Source: Malacoraja senta (lineage: Eukaryota). From it: DNA of 64,000 bases. The stretch's first letter is position 1. Each line of letters begins with the position of its first letter. Below, one piece after another: positions 23,408 through 36,156 of the stretch. The notes under the pieces are model-generated. The model was not told the DNA's origin and made no database searches. It saw nothing but the letters and a program-made list of their open reading frames with translations. The stretch is taken from contig CM075992.1 in the NCBI GenBank assembly GCA_038087875.1, forward strand, positions 4,838,001 to 4,902,000, given 5' to 3'. Made by a program: the position numbers and the translations under genes.

Positions 23408-24668
23408 TCATTTCTTCCGCCTCTGTCTCTTCACTGGTTGAGGCGCCGGAGTGTGGGGTTGGCGCATCTTCCATGAGGGCCGCTCTGGGCCTTGCTCTAA
23501 AAAAGACCTTTGTGGTTGGTGTGCGGCCCTCATGCTTTTCACCAGCACCCTGGTGTTGATGCCTGCTGGTGGATGCAATAGGGGTGCTGCCGCCTGGGGG
23601 TGTGTGGTTTTGCTCGTTCCTGCAGCTGCCCTCATAAGTCCAAAGGCTTTAGACTCTTCGTCCAGTTCTTTTACTTGTTTGGACAAGTCTTTCCCAAACA
23701 GCAGTATTTGTGGCTGTGCAGTTGCAGTTTTGCACAACCCTGCGAATTTGGGGTTGAGGGCAAGTTTGATGGCGTTCTTCCGCAGGCAGTTTATTTCATA
23801 CTGTGTATTACACAGTAGGGCCAGTGTGTCCTGCTGGTTATCGGTCAATTCGACCGCAATCAACAGAACGAGCATAAGATGTTATAGCTGAAGTCAGAAG
23901 TTTTAATATCTTCTGAAGCTTCACCTCCTGGGCCCTTATGCCCAGCACAATGTACCCCAGATTTGGCTGTTGACGGCGGGTACATTTAGCGAGATGCAGT
24001 TCTCCGGAGGTATGTATTTTTCCATAGTTTCATTGACTACCTACTGTTCCTGTAGAGGGTGGAAGGAAGTCTATACTGGCCTCCAGTTTGTCTGCAATGA
24101 TGTCCGCACGCGGTGGTACCCAAACTTGTTGACCGTCCCAGGCTCATCTGTCAGCACCCCCAGCACACTGCTGGTATCTCACGACCCTCTCAGTCAGCTC
24201 AGCCCCCCTCTTCCAGGCCAGCGCAGCCCTGGCCCCCAACGCTCCCCTCTGTCGAGGGAGATGCGATGGACAGCGCCGAATACGGTGCTGTTGTGGGTGT
24301 GCGAGCACTCCCATGGCGAGCTTGCTCCGTCTCCCGGAGCAAGTCTCGCTGGAGCATCTGCTCCATCAACCGCTCCATGCGGGATAGACGGTCACCTTTG
24401 CTGCTCTCGGGCAGCGCGTCCTCCTGACCGGACTCATCCGAGTCTATCGGCCGGACCGACTTCTGCGTTGCCTGCCTCCAACCCGCTGCGTTGGTTGCAG
24501 CTGAGCAGCTTGCAGCGTTGGGCTTGGCTGCGCAGAGTTACAGTCGGTGACTGTGGACCGCGGTCCCGGTGCCGTCGGTCGCCGCCCCCCCCCCCCCTGC
24601 CGGAACCTTCCTGGTCCACCTCAGTGTACAGAGGACGCGACCTTCTTTGTTTTTCTCCCATTGTCCAT
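23408..24668 (-). pseudogene. DIRS gag-like ORF1, disrupted
   Basis: Position 5' of pol; segment DTLALLCNTQYEINCLRKNAIKLALNPKFAGLC...LLFGKDL resembles the C-terminal half of DIRS ORF1; stops and frameshifts upstream. Confidence 0.65.
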
Positions 24669-24862
24669 AGCTGCTAAAATACAAGCACAACAAGGGTTCC
24701 AATAACGACCTCAGTATAAGATTTCCTTACCTGTAGGTCCCGTTTAAAATCTTGCCACGGGAGAGCTCTTCCCCCACCCGTCGCGTTGCACTGCGTGAGA
24801 CGCTATGTCGCGCATGCGTGCTGGCGGGGTCTTCACGTAGTCACCCACGTGACTCCGAAGTA

Positions 24863-25540
24863 AATAGCCTGAAGGCTGTAGGGACGAAGCTGTTCCTGAA
24901 CCTGGATGTTACAGTTTTCATGCTCCTGTACCTTCTTCCCGATGGCAGTGGTGAAATGAATGTGTGGCCAGGATGGTGTGGGTCTCTGATGATGCTGCCT
25001 GCCTTTTTGTGGCAGCAACTCCGATAAATCCCTTCGATGGTGGGGAGGTCAGAGCCGGTGATGGGCTGAGCGGTGGTCACAACGTTTTGCAGTCTTCTCC
25101 GCTCCTGGACATTCAAGTTGCCGAACTAGGCCTTGATGCACCCAGTCAGTATGCTCTCTACTGTACACCTGTAGAAGTTCAAGGGAATCCTCTTTGACAT
25201 ACCGAATCTCCGTAATCTTCTCAGGAAGTAGAGGCGTTGATGTGCTTTATTTATAATTGCATCAGTGTGCTGGGTCCAGGAAAGATCTTCAGAAATATGC
25301 ACGCACAGGAATTTGAAATTTTTGACCTCTCCACCATCGTCTCGTTGATATAAACAGGATTGTGGGTCCTCATCCTTCCTCTTCCAAAGTCCACAATCAG
25401 TTCCTTTTTTTTTACTGATGTTGAGAGCCAGGTTATTGTGCTGGCACCATTTGGTCAATCGGTCGATCTCACTTCTATAACTCTGACTCATCACCATTTG
25501 TAAATTCGTCCAACAACAGTGGTGCCATCGGCAAACTTCA
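24863..25540 (-). mobile_element. Rex1/Babar-clade LINE fragment (DIRS insertion target; tail continues at ~19925-19993)
   Basis: KFADGT-like RT motif near 25530, KAHQRLYFLRRLRRFG, LPSGRRYRS; alignment to 39140-39430 shows continuity across the DIRS. Confidence 0.88.
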
Positions 25541-26304
25541 TAGAGAGAAGGGAGGGGAAATTTGCTTGTGACTTAATCCGGGCCAGAAATTAATACCTGT
25601 AGATGGAGTATACAGGAGGACTGAACTTAGAGAGAACTCTATTCTCCACCCTCAACCTCCGGGCGTTTTGTCCTCATGGTTCTAACGGGTGTGTTCTCTC
25701 TGTTCAGGAAGGAAAGATTTTTTAATTAGATTTGTCTTAGGTCAAATCTAATCCACCGGCTGATCTATCTTCCCCTCAACCCCATTCTCCTGCCTTAGCC
25801 CATACCCTCTGACACCCGTGCTAATCAAGAATCTAGGAAGGGTCTTGACCCAAAACGTCACCCATTGCTGCTCTCCAGAGATGCTGCCTGTCCCGCCTGA
25901 GTTACTCCAGCTTTTGTGTCTATAGTCCGGTTTTAACCAGCTTCTGCAGTTCCTTCCTACACAATCTCCATCTTAAAAGATATCCATTGACTTGGCCCCC
26001 ACAGCCTTCTGCGCCGTGCGTGGACACGCCAGGAACACGCCTGACAGAGGTGATGATCGCTGGTGAGAGTGAGGCGGGAGCAGCGAGCGTAACTTGGAAC
26101 GGTTCCAACCGTGGCCCTGACCGAATGGGAAAGCCCCCGAAGCAATGGCCCCAAATCCAACTGCATGAGATAAATATAACTTGCAGTGAAAACTCTTTTT
26201 TCTCTTTTTTCTCTTTTTCTTTTTATCTTTTGTTTTTATACATATAAGTTCTCTTTTAAACACTTGACAATATTTACATAGAGTCCGGGAGTCTATATTT
26301 AATG

Positions 26305-27140
26305 TGTATAGGTATAGTATAGTATTTAATGACCACACAGCCAAGCTGGTGGAATTTTTGGGTTGCAGCAGCGATACAATAATAAAGAACACACAACCAC
26401 AATAAAAAAATGTAACACAAACAACCACCACAGCATTCAACACTGTGGTGAAAGGCACAAAAATTTGCCAATCCTCCTCCATTTCCCCTCCGTGGACAGG
26501 ACCAGAGTCCAGAGTCAGTCCAGGATCGGCTCTTCCTCACCGGAGACCGCGGCTTTAAGTTGTTGTAGGCCGCAGGCCGGCTGTCAAGATTTAAAGTCTC
26601 CGCCGCAGCCAGAAGCACCATAGACTGCAGGGCCCGGCGGTCGAAGCTCCCCTGCAGGGTGTTGGTAAGTCCATGATGGCTTCTTCTTCTTCCCCCGGGT
26701 CCCCCACGAGGGATCCCGGGCTGTAGACGCCGCACCAGCTGGAGCTCTGCAGACCGCGACTTCAGGCTGCGACTTCAGGCTGCCGGCTGCCCCGGGCCAG
26801 CGAACGGAGCGCTCCCCTCCAGCGAGCCCCAGCGAGGGCTCACCCACTCCACGCCGAGAGACCACGTTGCCCCCGCCGCTGAAGCCACCGGGCGCGTCTC
26901 CGGAAAGGCCGCGCCGATCCTTGATGTTAGGCCACGGGGGAGGCGACCTGGAAAAAGTCGGCCTCTCCATGGGAGGAGGCGACCAAATCGATTTCCCCCT
27001 TACCCCCCCACATCACCCCCCACACAAGACACACAAAGAAACACACCATACATACTTTAAAAACTATAAAAAAATAAGAAAAAGTTGAAAAAAAATGACG
27101 CGCTGCTGACATGGCAGCTGCCCAGAGCAGCGCCCCCTAC
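26305..27140 (-). mobile_element. GC/CpG-rich non-coding element with LINE-like tail, unclassified
   Basis: Sharp compositional boundaries, hairpin at the presumed 5' end, 3' ATTAAA plus (TACTA)n tail, no recognisable protein. Confidence 0.5.
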
Positions 27141-27195
27141 CCTATGTTGACACTGGACTCATATTTAGGTTATACCATGCCATTAATGTAACCCT

Positions 27196-27405
27196 AGGTA
27201 GACAAAAGTGCTGGAGAGAACTCAGCAGGTGCAGCCAGCATCTAGGAGCGAAGGAAATAGGCAACGTTTCGGGCTGAAACCCTTCTTCAGACGTTTCGGC
27301 CCGAAACGTTGCCTAGTTCCTTCGCTCCATAGATGCTGCTGCACCGCTGAGTTTCTCCAGCACTTTTGTCTCGATTTTCCAGCATCTGCAGTTCCTTCTT
27401 AAACA
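27196..27405. mobile_element. Inverted Penelope-like pLTR pair with 15-bp TSD
   Basis: CATTAATGTAACCCT at 27181-27195 and 27406-27420. Confidence 0.8.
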
Positions 27406-28357
27406 CATTAATGTAACCCTGATCCCTATGTATCAATATCACTGTTATGTTTATCATTACTTTTTTTGCTCTTTTGTTTTTGCTTTTGAAAAAGAACTAA
27501 TAAAAAGATTTTAAAAGAAAAAGAAAGAAAAACTCAACATCAACTTTCACTGCAACATCAGCTACGAGCGGTTGGTTCTACGGAAGTTTATTCATGCTTT
27601 CAGGTTGCAGTTTTGTTCAGCTACGAGAGGATTAACTGCACCTTGACCAGTTGCTGTGACTGCTTCCTCTTTGACTCAAGCGCTTTGTTTTTTTATTTCT
27701 TGTTCATGTCGCCAGTCTGACTTCATTTGAGAGAATTGAGTGCAGAGCACAAGTGCTTCAAAACCAATCTCAATGCTCTTGTCAAGGCTTTGAATTCTCA
27801 CGTCACAGAAAATTCACTTCAATGTACCATGGGTTGACTTTCACACAATTATTTTCTGTGCCAAACCAATCTAAATGTTAACCTCTTAATTTCCTTCTTG
27901 ATTGGGTACAGAACTAGGCAACAAAAGTTCGATATTCACAATTAATCTACTTCAATAATTCAGCCTATTTCACATTCAGGTCTGTTTATTGAAGCACTTT
28001 GCTGAATCATTGTGGTGCAGGAAACAGAACAGCCAGTAGAAGCAAAGAACTGCAGATGCTGACTTACAAAGGAAAAGGACACAAAGTGCTGGAGTAACTC
28101 AAAGAGTCAGGCAGCACCTCTGGATAACATGGATAGATGATGATTTGGGTCCAAACCCTTGTTTGGAAACATCGAACCGTAGAAACATAGAAACATAGAA
28201 AAATAGCTGCCATTCGGCCCTTCGAGCCAGCACCATTATTCAATATGATCATACGTGGACAAAAATGCTGGGGAAACTCAGCGGGTGCGGCAGCATGTGT
28301 GGAGCGAAGGGAATAGGCAACGTTTCGGGCCGAAACCCTTCCTCAGACTCCACTTCA

Positions 28358-28700
28358 ATATGAACATGGCTGATCATCTAAAATCAGTACCCAGTTCCTG
28401 CTTTTTCACCATATCCTTTGATTCCTTTAGCCCTAAGAGCTAAATCTAACCTTCTCATGAAAACATCTGGTGAATTGGCCTCCACTGTCTTCTGTGGCAG
28501 AGAATTCCACAGATTCACAACTCCCTGGGTGAAGAAGTTTTTCCTCATCTTAGTCCAAAATGGCCTACTCTTTTTTCTTAAACTGTGACCCCTGGTTCTG
28601 GACTCCCCCAACATCGAGTACATTTTTCCTGCATCTAGCCTGTCCAATCCTTTAAGAATTTTATATGTTTCTATAAGAATTCCCTCTCATCCTTCTAAAT
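28358..28700 (-). mobile_element. CR1 LINE 3' fragment (tail at 28180-28252, split by a pLTR)
   Basis: ORF 28384-28647 CR1 C-terminus. Confidence 0.85.
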
Positions 28701-29366
28701 GACATAGCCAATACACAAAAGCCAAATTGAGCACAGCAAGTTCCCCAAAATAGGTCAGGATTATTGTATGATGATATGGTCCAGTGTACAGTCTAGTGTC
28801 ACAGTAACAAAGGTTCGATTTTTGCATATTTTGAGATAATAACGGCTCTCTAACTTGGCTGGAAGTAAATGCAATAGTTACAAGACAAAGGAAATAAATG
28901 AAACATCTGCAACTAATTGAGAACTTTATAAGTGGCAGTAAAAGTGGCAGAACTACAATATAAGTAAAAAATATGGGCGCACAGCAGTGCAGTTTATAGA
29001 GCTGAAGTGTCATTTCTCCAACATCCTGAGTTAAATCCTAATCTCTGGTGCCATCTATATAGAGATTAGTACTGGTATTGGTTTATCATTGACACATGTG
29101 CCGAGACACAGTGAAAACTTTGTTCGCACGCCATCCAATCATATCAGATAATACCACACATGAGTGCAATCTTGCCGTACACAAGCACAACATGTCATGC
29201 AAAGCGAACAGTATCAGAGCGCAGAATGGAGTTTTTAACCATTGTAGCTTTACAGTTGCAGAGAAAAAGGCCGACATTGTATGTTCTCCCTGTGACTCTA
29301 TAGGCTTCCTCCAGGTGCTCTGATTTCCTATTGCTTCGACTAAACATGTGCGAGTTGGTAGGCTAA

Positions 29367-29591
29367 GGGCCTGTCCCACTTTCCACGACCTAATTCACGA
29401 CCTCTGCCGAGTTTGCCCCTGACTCATACTCGCAGCATGGCCATCACGAGGTCGTAGGTAGGTCGTAGGAAGTCGTGGGTAGGTCGTAGGAGGTCGTAGG
29501 TACTCGTGGCATCAAGTAAGTCGGGGCGTTTCTTCTGGCATGATGAAAAACGTCCACGAGTAGAAAAGATCGTGGAAGTGGGACAGGCCCT
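29367..29591. mobile_element. PIF/Harbinger-type MITE inside a V-SINE
   Basis: TIR GGGCCTGTCCCACTT; TAA at 29364-29366 and 29592-29594. Confidence 0.8.
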
Positions 29592-31011
29592 TAACTGGCC
29601 GCTGTAAATTGCGTGAGTGTTAGAATCCTGGAGGGAGCTGATGGGAATGTGGGTGAATAAACTATGTTATGGTTGGATTGTGTGAGGGTCATGGGGTAAA
29701 CTGAGACTGAGACTGAGACTGCTTCCCCCCCCCCCCCCCCCATCCTCAATCTTTGCACATGCCCAATCCTTTCCACTCGTCACTTTAATTTCATGTTCCA
29801 TGTGTTTTTGTGTTTTTATAACTGTTGGCAGATCAATTTCCCTCCTGGGATAAATAAAATTAGACAATAGACTATAGACAATAGGAGCAGGCCATTCGGT
29901 CCTTGGAGCCAACACTGCCATTCAATGTGATCATGGCTGATCATCCACAATCAGTACCCCGTTCCTGCCTTCTCCCCATATCCCCTGACTCCGCTATCTT
30001 TAAGAGCCCTATCTAGCTCTCTCTTGAAAGTATCCAGAGAACTGGCCTCCACCGCCCTCGTATCGTATGGTATCGTATTAGAGTAAAAATCAGGATGGAC
30101 TCAATCAGTTGAAGGGCTTGTTTTTCACCGTACTTCTATGACTCTGTAATGAAAACATGTATTGACATTACAGAAAGTGCCGAGGACATTTATGAAGCTG
30201 TTGCCAGGGCTGGAAACTTTGGTCATGAGCAGAGACTGACTCAGTGCGGGTGGCTTGGAACAGAGGGGCAATATCTACGGTTTTTTGTCAGAAGTCCACC
30301 TGTCTTGCACAGAGGAAGTGGGATGCTTCCTGAAGGAATAGTCATTTGCTGAAGACAAACACAAAGTGCCGGAGTAGCTCAGCGGGTCAGGCAGCATCTC
30401 TGGAGAAAAAAGGATGGGTGACGTTGCCATATTTTTGGAAACAGAACAGCCAACGCAAAACAAACCCAGAAAGCTGCTTTCCTCTTCTCAAAAACAATTG
30501 ACGTCGCTGAGAAATTAAAAATAAATCCTTCCCTAACAGCGAGTCATATCGGATCAGCAAAGCAGGCTGGAGATTGGCCTGCAGCCAGGAATCTGGAATG
30601 AGGGTTTTTGGGAAACCAGGAAATAAATGAGAAGTAATTTACGATAATCTGCTGAGGTTGGCTGTGGGCGGCTCTACGATGCACAAGCAGGCAGGATGTG
30701 TTCGGGCCTGTGGCCCGCCCGACGTTCCTTGTTTGTTATGCAACGCTCCTCTGTTCAAACAGACTGTGAACTTGGTGAACTCTCCATATCCTGGTCTGAA
30801 GAGAAAAGAGGTCGGAAGGGAAGAGAGGCGATTCCAACACTGCTTTCATGATTAAATAAAAATAGCCTGGAAAGGTAATGAATCTACCGTGCGTTTAAAT
30901 GTTCATGCCACAACGATCACATGACTGAGGACTTGCTGGATTAACCCTTTAGTAGAAACAAGGATCTGCAGATGCTGGTTTACCAGGGAAAGACACAAAG
31001 TGCTGGAGTAA

Positions 31012-31250
31012 AGGGCCCTGTCCCACTTTCGCGACCTAATTCACGACCTTTTTTACTCGTGGACATTTTTCATCAGGCTAGAAAAATGCCCCGACCTACT
31101 TGATGCCACGAGTACCTACGACTAGCATCACGGCCTGCCTGCGACCTACCTACGATCTCCTACGACCTCGTGACGACCATGCTGCGAGTATGAGTCAAGG
31201 GCAAACTCGGCAGAGGTCGTGAATTAGGTCGTGAAAGTGGGACAGGCCAT
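31012..31250. mobile_element. PIF/Harbinger-type MITE inside a PLE pLTR
   Basis: Same family as 29367-29591 in opposite orientation; TAA TSD restores GGAGTAACTCA of the pLTR. Confidence 0.85.
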
Positions 31251-32899
31251 TAACTCAACAGGTCACGCAGCTTCTCTGGAGAACATGGATAGGTGATATT
31301 TTGGGTTGGGACCCTTCTACAGTCTGAAGTAGGGTCCCGATCTGAAACATCACCGATCCATGCTCTCCAGGGATGCTGCCTGGCCTGCTGAGTTACTCCA
31401 GTTTTTTGTGTCTTTCACTGGGATTAACCCTTTTTTGAACTGACCGTAGTGCTACAGTCAGCAATGTTTCACTGGGCAAATATCTCTTACTTGACTCTTA
31501 AGAAATATTTGTTGGACACACGAGGAACTGCAGATGCTGGAGCCTTGAGCAAAATTAGCTCAAAATTGCTGGAGGAACTCAGCGGGTCAGCCAGCATCTG
31601 TGGAGAGAATGGACAAGATGACATTTGGAGTCGGGATCCTTCTTCAGACTGAGAAATATTTAAGTCACAACTTTTGTTTTTTCACCTGTGGCCCTTGTCC
31701 AACCATGTATTCAAGAGAGAGTTGGAGATATCACTTAGGGCTAACGGAATCGAGGGATATGGGGATAAAGCAGGAATGGGGTACTGATTCTGGATGATCA
31801 GCCATGATCATATTGAATGGCGGTGCTGCCTCGAAGGGCCAAATGGCCTACTCCTGCGCCTGTTTTCTATGTTTCTATCTGTCTGTCAAACTCCATTGAG
31901 AAATGTTTCTTCGTCCTTCACAATTTTGTAAAAGCTTTTCGCAAAACACCCTTTAAAGTTTTCGAGAGTTCAATCCTCAGGGAACATGGGCCAAGCTATA
32001 TTTTAGTTTTAATTGAAACACAGCATCTAATTTAAAGACGGCAACAAAACTGTGATAATGACCAAGTAAATTGTATTAACGAGAATTGAACAATAATCTT
32101 TATTGAATAAAGAATAAACATGTTTTTTTTCCCCTATAAATTAATGCAATCGGGTCGTTCACATTGAGAAAGGGTAGGCAGCTACCCAGAGTCATAGTCA
32201 TGGAAACAAGCACTTCGGCCCAACTTGCCCATGACGACCAAGATGCCCCATCTACACCAAACCATGTTTCACACACATCCTTCTAAACCTTAGGTAGACA
32301 CAAAGTGTCGGAGTAACACAGTGGGTCAGGTAGCATCTCTGTACAAAATGGGTAGGTGACATTTCAGGTCAAGGGAGAATCAAGAGTGGAATGTTGTGAA
32401 ACAGAACAATTCAATTCTTACTTGCAGCAGCACAACAGTCTGAAGAATGGTCCCGACGCAAAACGTCACCTGTCCATTTTCTCCAGAGGATGTTACTCCA
32501 GCATTTTGTGTCTATCTTTGGTATAAACCAGCATCTCCACTTCATTTTTTGTAATGTTCCCTCTAAACATTTCCTATCCATTTACCTGCCCAAATGTCTT
32601 TTAAGTGTTGTTTTAAATGTTCTGATAACATCTTTGCTAAATAACAGCTGTACTAACATTAGGGCTAACACTAACATTTAGCTCTGTACTGGAGAGTTAG
32701 CTGAGCGATTGGACTCTAAGATCCATGCCGAGAACAAGACTTGAAGCCACAACGTCTGTGTTAGGGACCAGAGCGCTGGCCACGGAGCACAATTAAAACT
32801 GGAAAATCTGGTTCTGTTTATTCTTGCATCACATGAGCATCTCAAGAAACCGCCACTTACATTCCTATAGCCCCACCAAACCTCCAACATTGTTTACTT

Positions 32900-33385
32900 G
32901 TCTTTCCACACACTCCCTACCCATGGCCAATTGTCCATCATGCAAACCAACCTCCCTTGTATTGACTCCATCTACACTTCACGCTGCCTCAGCAAGGCCA
33001 GCAGCATAATCAAGGACCAGTCTCATCTTCTCCCCTCTCCCATCAGGCAAGAGATATGGAAGTTTGAAAACGCACACCTCCAGATTCAGGGACAGTTTCT
33101 TTCCAGCTGTTGTCAGGCAACTGAACCATCCTAACACCAACTAGAGAGCAGTCCTCACCTACCATCTACCTCACTGGAGACCCTCGGACTATGTTTAATC
33201 GGACTTTACTCGACTTTATCTTACGCTAAATGTTATTCCCCTCATCTTGTATCTGTTCACTGTGGACGGCTTGATTATAATCATCTATAGTCTTTTTGCT
33301 GACTCGATAGCATGCAACAAAAAAGCTGTTCACAGTACCTTGGTACACGTGACAATAATAAATGAAACTATACTAAAAAACTAAA
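32900..33385 (+). mobile_element. Rex1/Babar-like LINE 3' fragment
   Basis: LPCIDSIYTSRCLSKASSIIKD...PSGKRY and 3'UTR shared with 12600-13197. Confidence 0.75.
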
Positions 33386-33469
33386 AAGGGTGGCATCTAC
33401 ACAGAGGTTCTTGACCCGAAACGTGACCCATTCCTTCTCTTCAGAGATGCTGCCTGTCCTGCTGAGTTA

Positions 33470-33860
33470 AGGGCCTGTCGCACTTTTCCGAGTTATTCAC
33501 AAATTCTCCTGAGTTATTCACGAATTCTCCCGAGTTTTCAAACTCGCAGAATGTTCGTAACGAGTCCGTAGGAGGCCATAGTAGTCCATGGATATATCGT
33601 AGCGGCACGTTATGCCAGCCGTAGGAACTCGGGGCTATTTTTTTACTCGTGGACATTTTTCAGCGGGCTGGAAAAACCGTCCCAACCTACCTGATGCCCC
33701 GAGTACCTACGGCTGGCATAACGAGCCCTACGATATATCTACGGACTCCTACGGCCTCCTACGGACTCGTTACGAACATTCTGCGAGTTTGAAAACTCGG
33801 GAGAATTCATGAATAACTCAGGAGAATTCGTGAATAACTCGGGAAAGTGGGACAGGGCCT
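33470..33860. mobile_element. PIF/Harbinger-type MITE with long inverted arms
   Basis: TIR AGGGCCTGTCGCACTT / AAGTGGGACAGGGCCT, TTA TSD, ~150-bp inverted arms, inserted in a pLTR. Confidence 0.85.
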
Positions 33861-34331
33861 TTACTCCAGCATTTTGTGTCTACCCTTGATTTAAACCAGC
33901 ATCTGCAGCTCTTTCCTACATATCTACATTACCCGATTGGAGTAAATTTGGAATTTGTACAAGAGTATTTTCGCTCTCTCTCTCTGGTGTGTTATTTAAT
34001 AACCGATCACCTTTTTAAATAAAGTATTCATATGGCCTTTGTCCCAGGATACTCGCAGTAGCAGAATTCTAGTGGGGGTTTTGAATAGATGAGAACAAGG
34101 ATGGCAATTTGTGTGCAAAGCTTGATATAGAACATAGCGCAGAAACACTGTTAGCGTTTGTGTGCCTGTTTATCCCTCTCCGGCCTCCACCTCCATCCTT
34201 CCCTCCCTCCACCCGACCTGACTCCATCTTCCTTTTTCTCCTCTCCTTCATCTGCTTCCTCCACCCAGCCCTACACCGGCGTCAATCTCCCGTCTCCACC
34301 ACTCCCCACACTGATCACGTAACCAATAATG

Positions 34332-34453
34332 GGCATAGTACCTTAGGCAGGTACTAAGGCCTAAGGTATTAGGCCATAGTACCTTAAGGTACTAAGGCCT
34401 AAGGTACTAGGCCTTAGTACCTTAGGCCTGTAAGGTACTAGTAAGTACCTAGT
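34332..34453. repeat. Patchwork of direct and inverted copies of GGCCTTAGTACCTTAGG
   Basis: Directly visible; motif alternates in both orientations. Confidence 0.85.
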
Positions 34454-35665
34454 ATAGCTGAGTATCCAGAATCAGAGAACGTAGCACAGCAAGACGCCTT
34501 TCTGCCCACAATGTCTGTGCTGACCATGATGCCAAGATCACCTCCTATCTACCTGCACTTAATCCATATTCCATCCATTCCCTGCATATTCAAGTGCCTA
34601 TCCAAAAGTCTCTTAATTGTCACTATCGCATCTGCCTCCGCCACCCATCCCTGGCAGCCTGTTGCTGAGACCTGCCGCGCACATCTCCAAATTGTGCCCT
34701 CTAATATTTGATTCCCAGTCTGGGAAATAGTTTCTGACTGTCGACCTTATGGACAAAAGGAATGGCTACCTTGGTAAGATGCGAGTTTACTAACTCTGGT
34801 GATGTTCATGGCATTTCTTATGTCCAACTGCATCGATTGGGCCTCAATCCCAAAATAATGTTCGGTCAACTAGTTTTTTTTTGGAATTGCAAAATTTGAC
34901 AACGTGGTCTTCAGACCGTGGTGGTGATTCACCTTCTTAATACACTGTAATTCTTAGTCATAGAGTCATAGTCACACAGTGTGGAAGCAGGCCCTTCAGC
35001 CTAATTTCACCACACTGACCCACATGCCCCATTACTCTAGTCCCTCCTGCCCACATTTGGCCCATGTTCCTCTTCTAAACATTTCCTATCCATGTACTTG
35101 TCCACATATCTTTTTATAGATGTTATCGTACCTGCCTCAACTACCCCCTCTGGCAGCTTGTTCCATGTGCTCACCACTCTCTGTGTTAAAAAGTTGCCCC
35201 TCTCATTCCCATGAAATCTTTCCCTTCTCACTTTAAACCGGAGCACCCGGAGAAAACCCACGCGGTCACGGGGAGAATGTAAAAAATTCCGTACATACAG
35301 CACCCATAGCCGGGATTGAACCTGGGTGTCTGGCACTGTAATGCAGCAGCACTACCACTGCACCACAGTGCTGTCCTACCTACACTGTCGACATAACAAG
35401 GTCTTCATGCTCCCAATTCTAGATTTGGACTTGCTTCCTAATTTTGTGGGTTGCTGAGTAATTTATTTTTCTCCCCTCAAATCCTTGATTTTTTTTGCCT
35501 CCCAAAAAATTATTCCCAATCCACATTTCACCAGTTCTCTTCAGTCAGTTGACTCAAGCAGCTAAGAATCATGCGTGCATTCTGACAAGGATTTCCGTAG
35601 AGCATTGCAACACAACATCTGCCTCAGTGGAGCCACTAACTGTTTTAGCAGAGACTCCTTGTAAC

Positions 35666-36156
35666 TAGGGTTGCCAACTTTCTCACTCCCAAATAAGGGA
35701 CAAAAGGTCAAAATAAGGGACAAATTCGATGGCAATTTGTTGACCGACTCGGCCATGGCTGGGTGAATGTTGAGTCGGCCCGGGTGCTGGATTGCACACA
35801 TAGCCCAGCCGGTGGGTTAGCTGACGAGTTTTGGCCCGGCACCCCATTAAATGAACCGATGATCTGCCTTGAGAAGGAGGGGTGGTGGTGTCGGCAGTAA
35901 ACGAAGGTCCGAAGGTTGGACAGCTGGCCGGGCTACCAACCGACGGGGCCACGGGCGAGGTGCTGCTGCTGCACTCCATTGGCTGCACTACATCGGGACG
36001 GGTGAGGCGGGGCCGGACGCGGCGCTCCGACACGACAATCCCCTCGACCCGAGTAGTAGCAGTCAAATACGGGACAAGGGCGGTCCCGTATGGGACAAAC
36101 CAATTTAGCCCAATATACGGGATGTCCCGGCTAATACGGGACAGTTGGCAACCCTA
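35666..36156. mobile_element. hAT-type non-autonomous DNA transposon
   Basis: TIR TAGGGTTGCCAACT; 8-bp TSD CTTGTAAC/TTTGTAAC; subterminal AATA(A/C)GGGACA repeats; CpG-rich interior. Confidence 0.88.

Larger units (their letters stand above)
19988..24862 (-). mobile_element. DIRS1-type tyrosine-recombinase retrotransposon, structurally complete
   Basis: Perfect 38-bp inverted repeats (20058-20095 / 24805-24842), internal complementary region 20202-20314 matching both termini, gag-RT-RNaseH-MT-YR order. Confidence 0.95.

Noticed and set aside
23970..24677. 235-aa plus-strand ORF
   Set aside because: Antisense to GC-rich DIRS ORF1; no recognisable domain.
26900..26960. GCC-UCCCCCGU-GGC on the minus strand resembling HDV P3/L3
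   Set aside because: No matching P1 5' strand, no following GG and no J4/2-P2 found.
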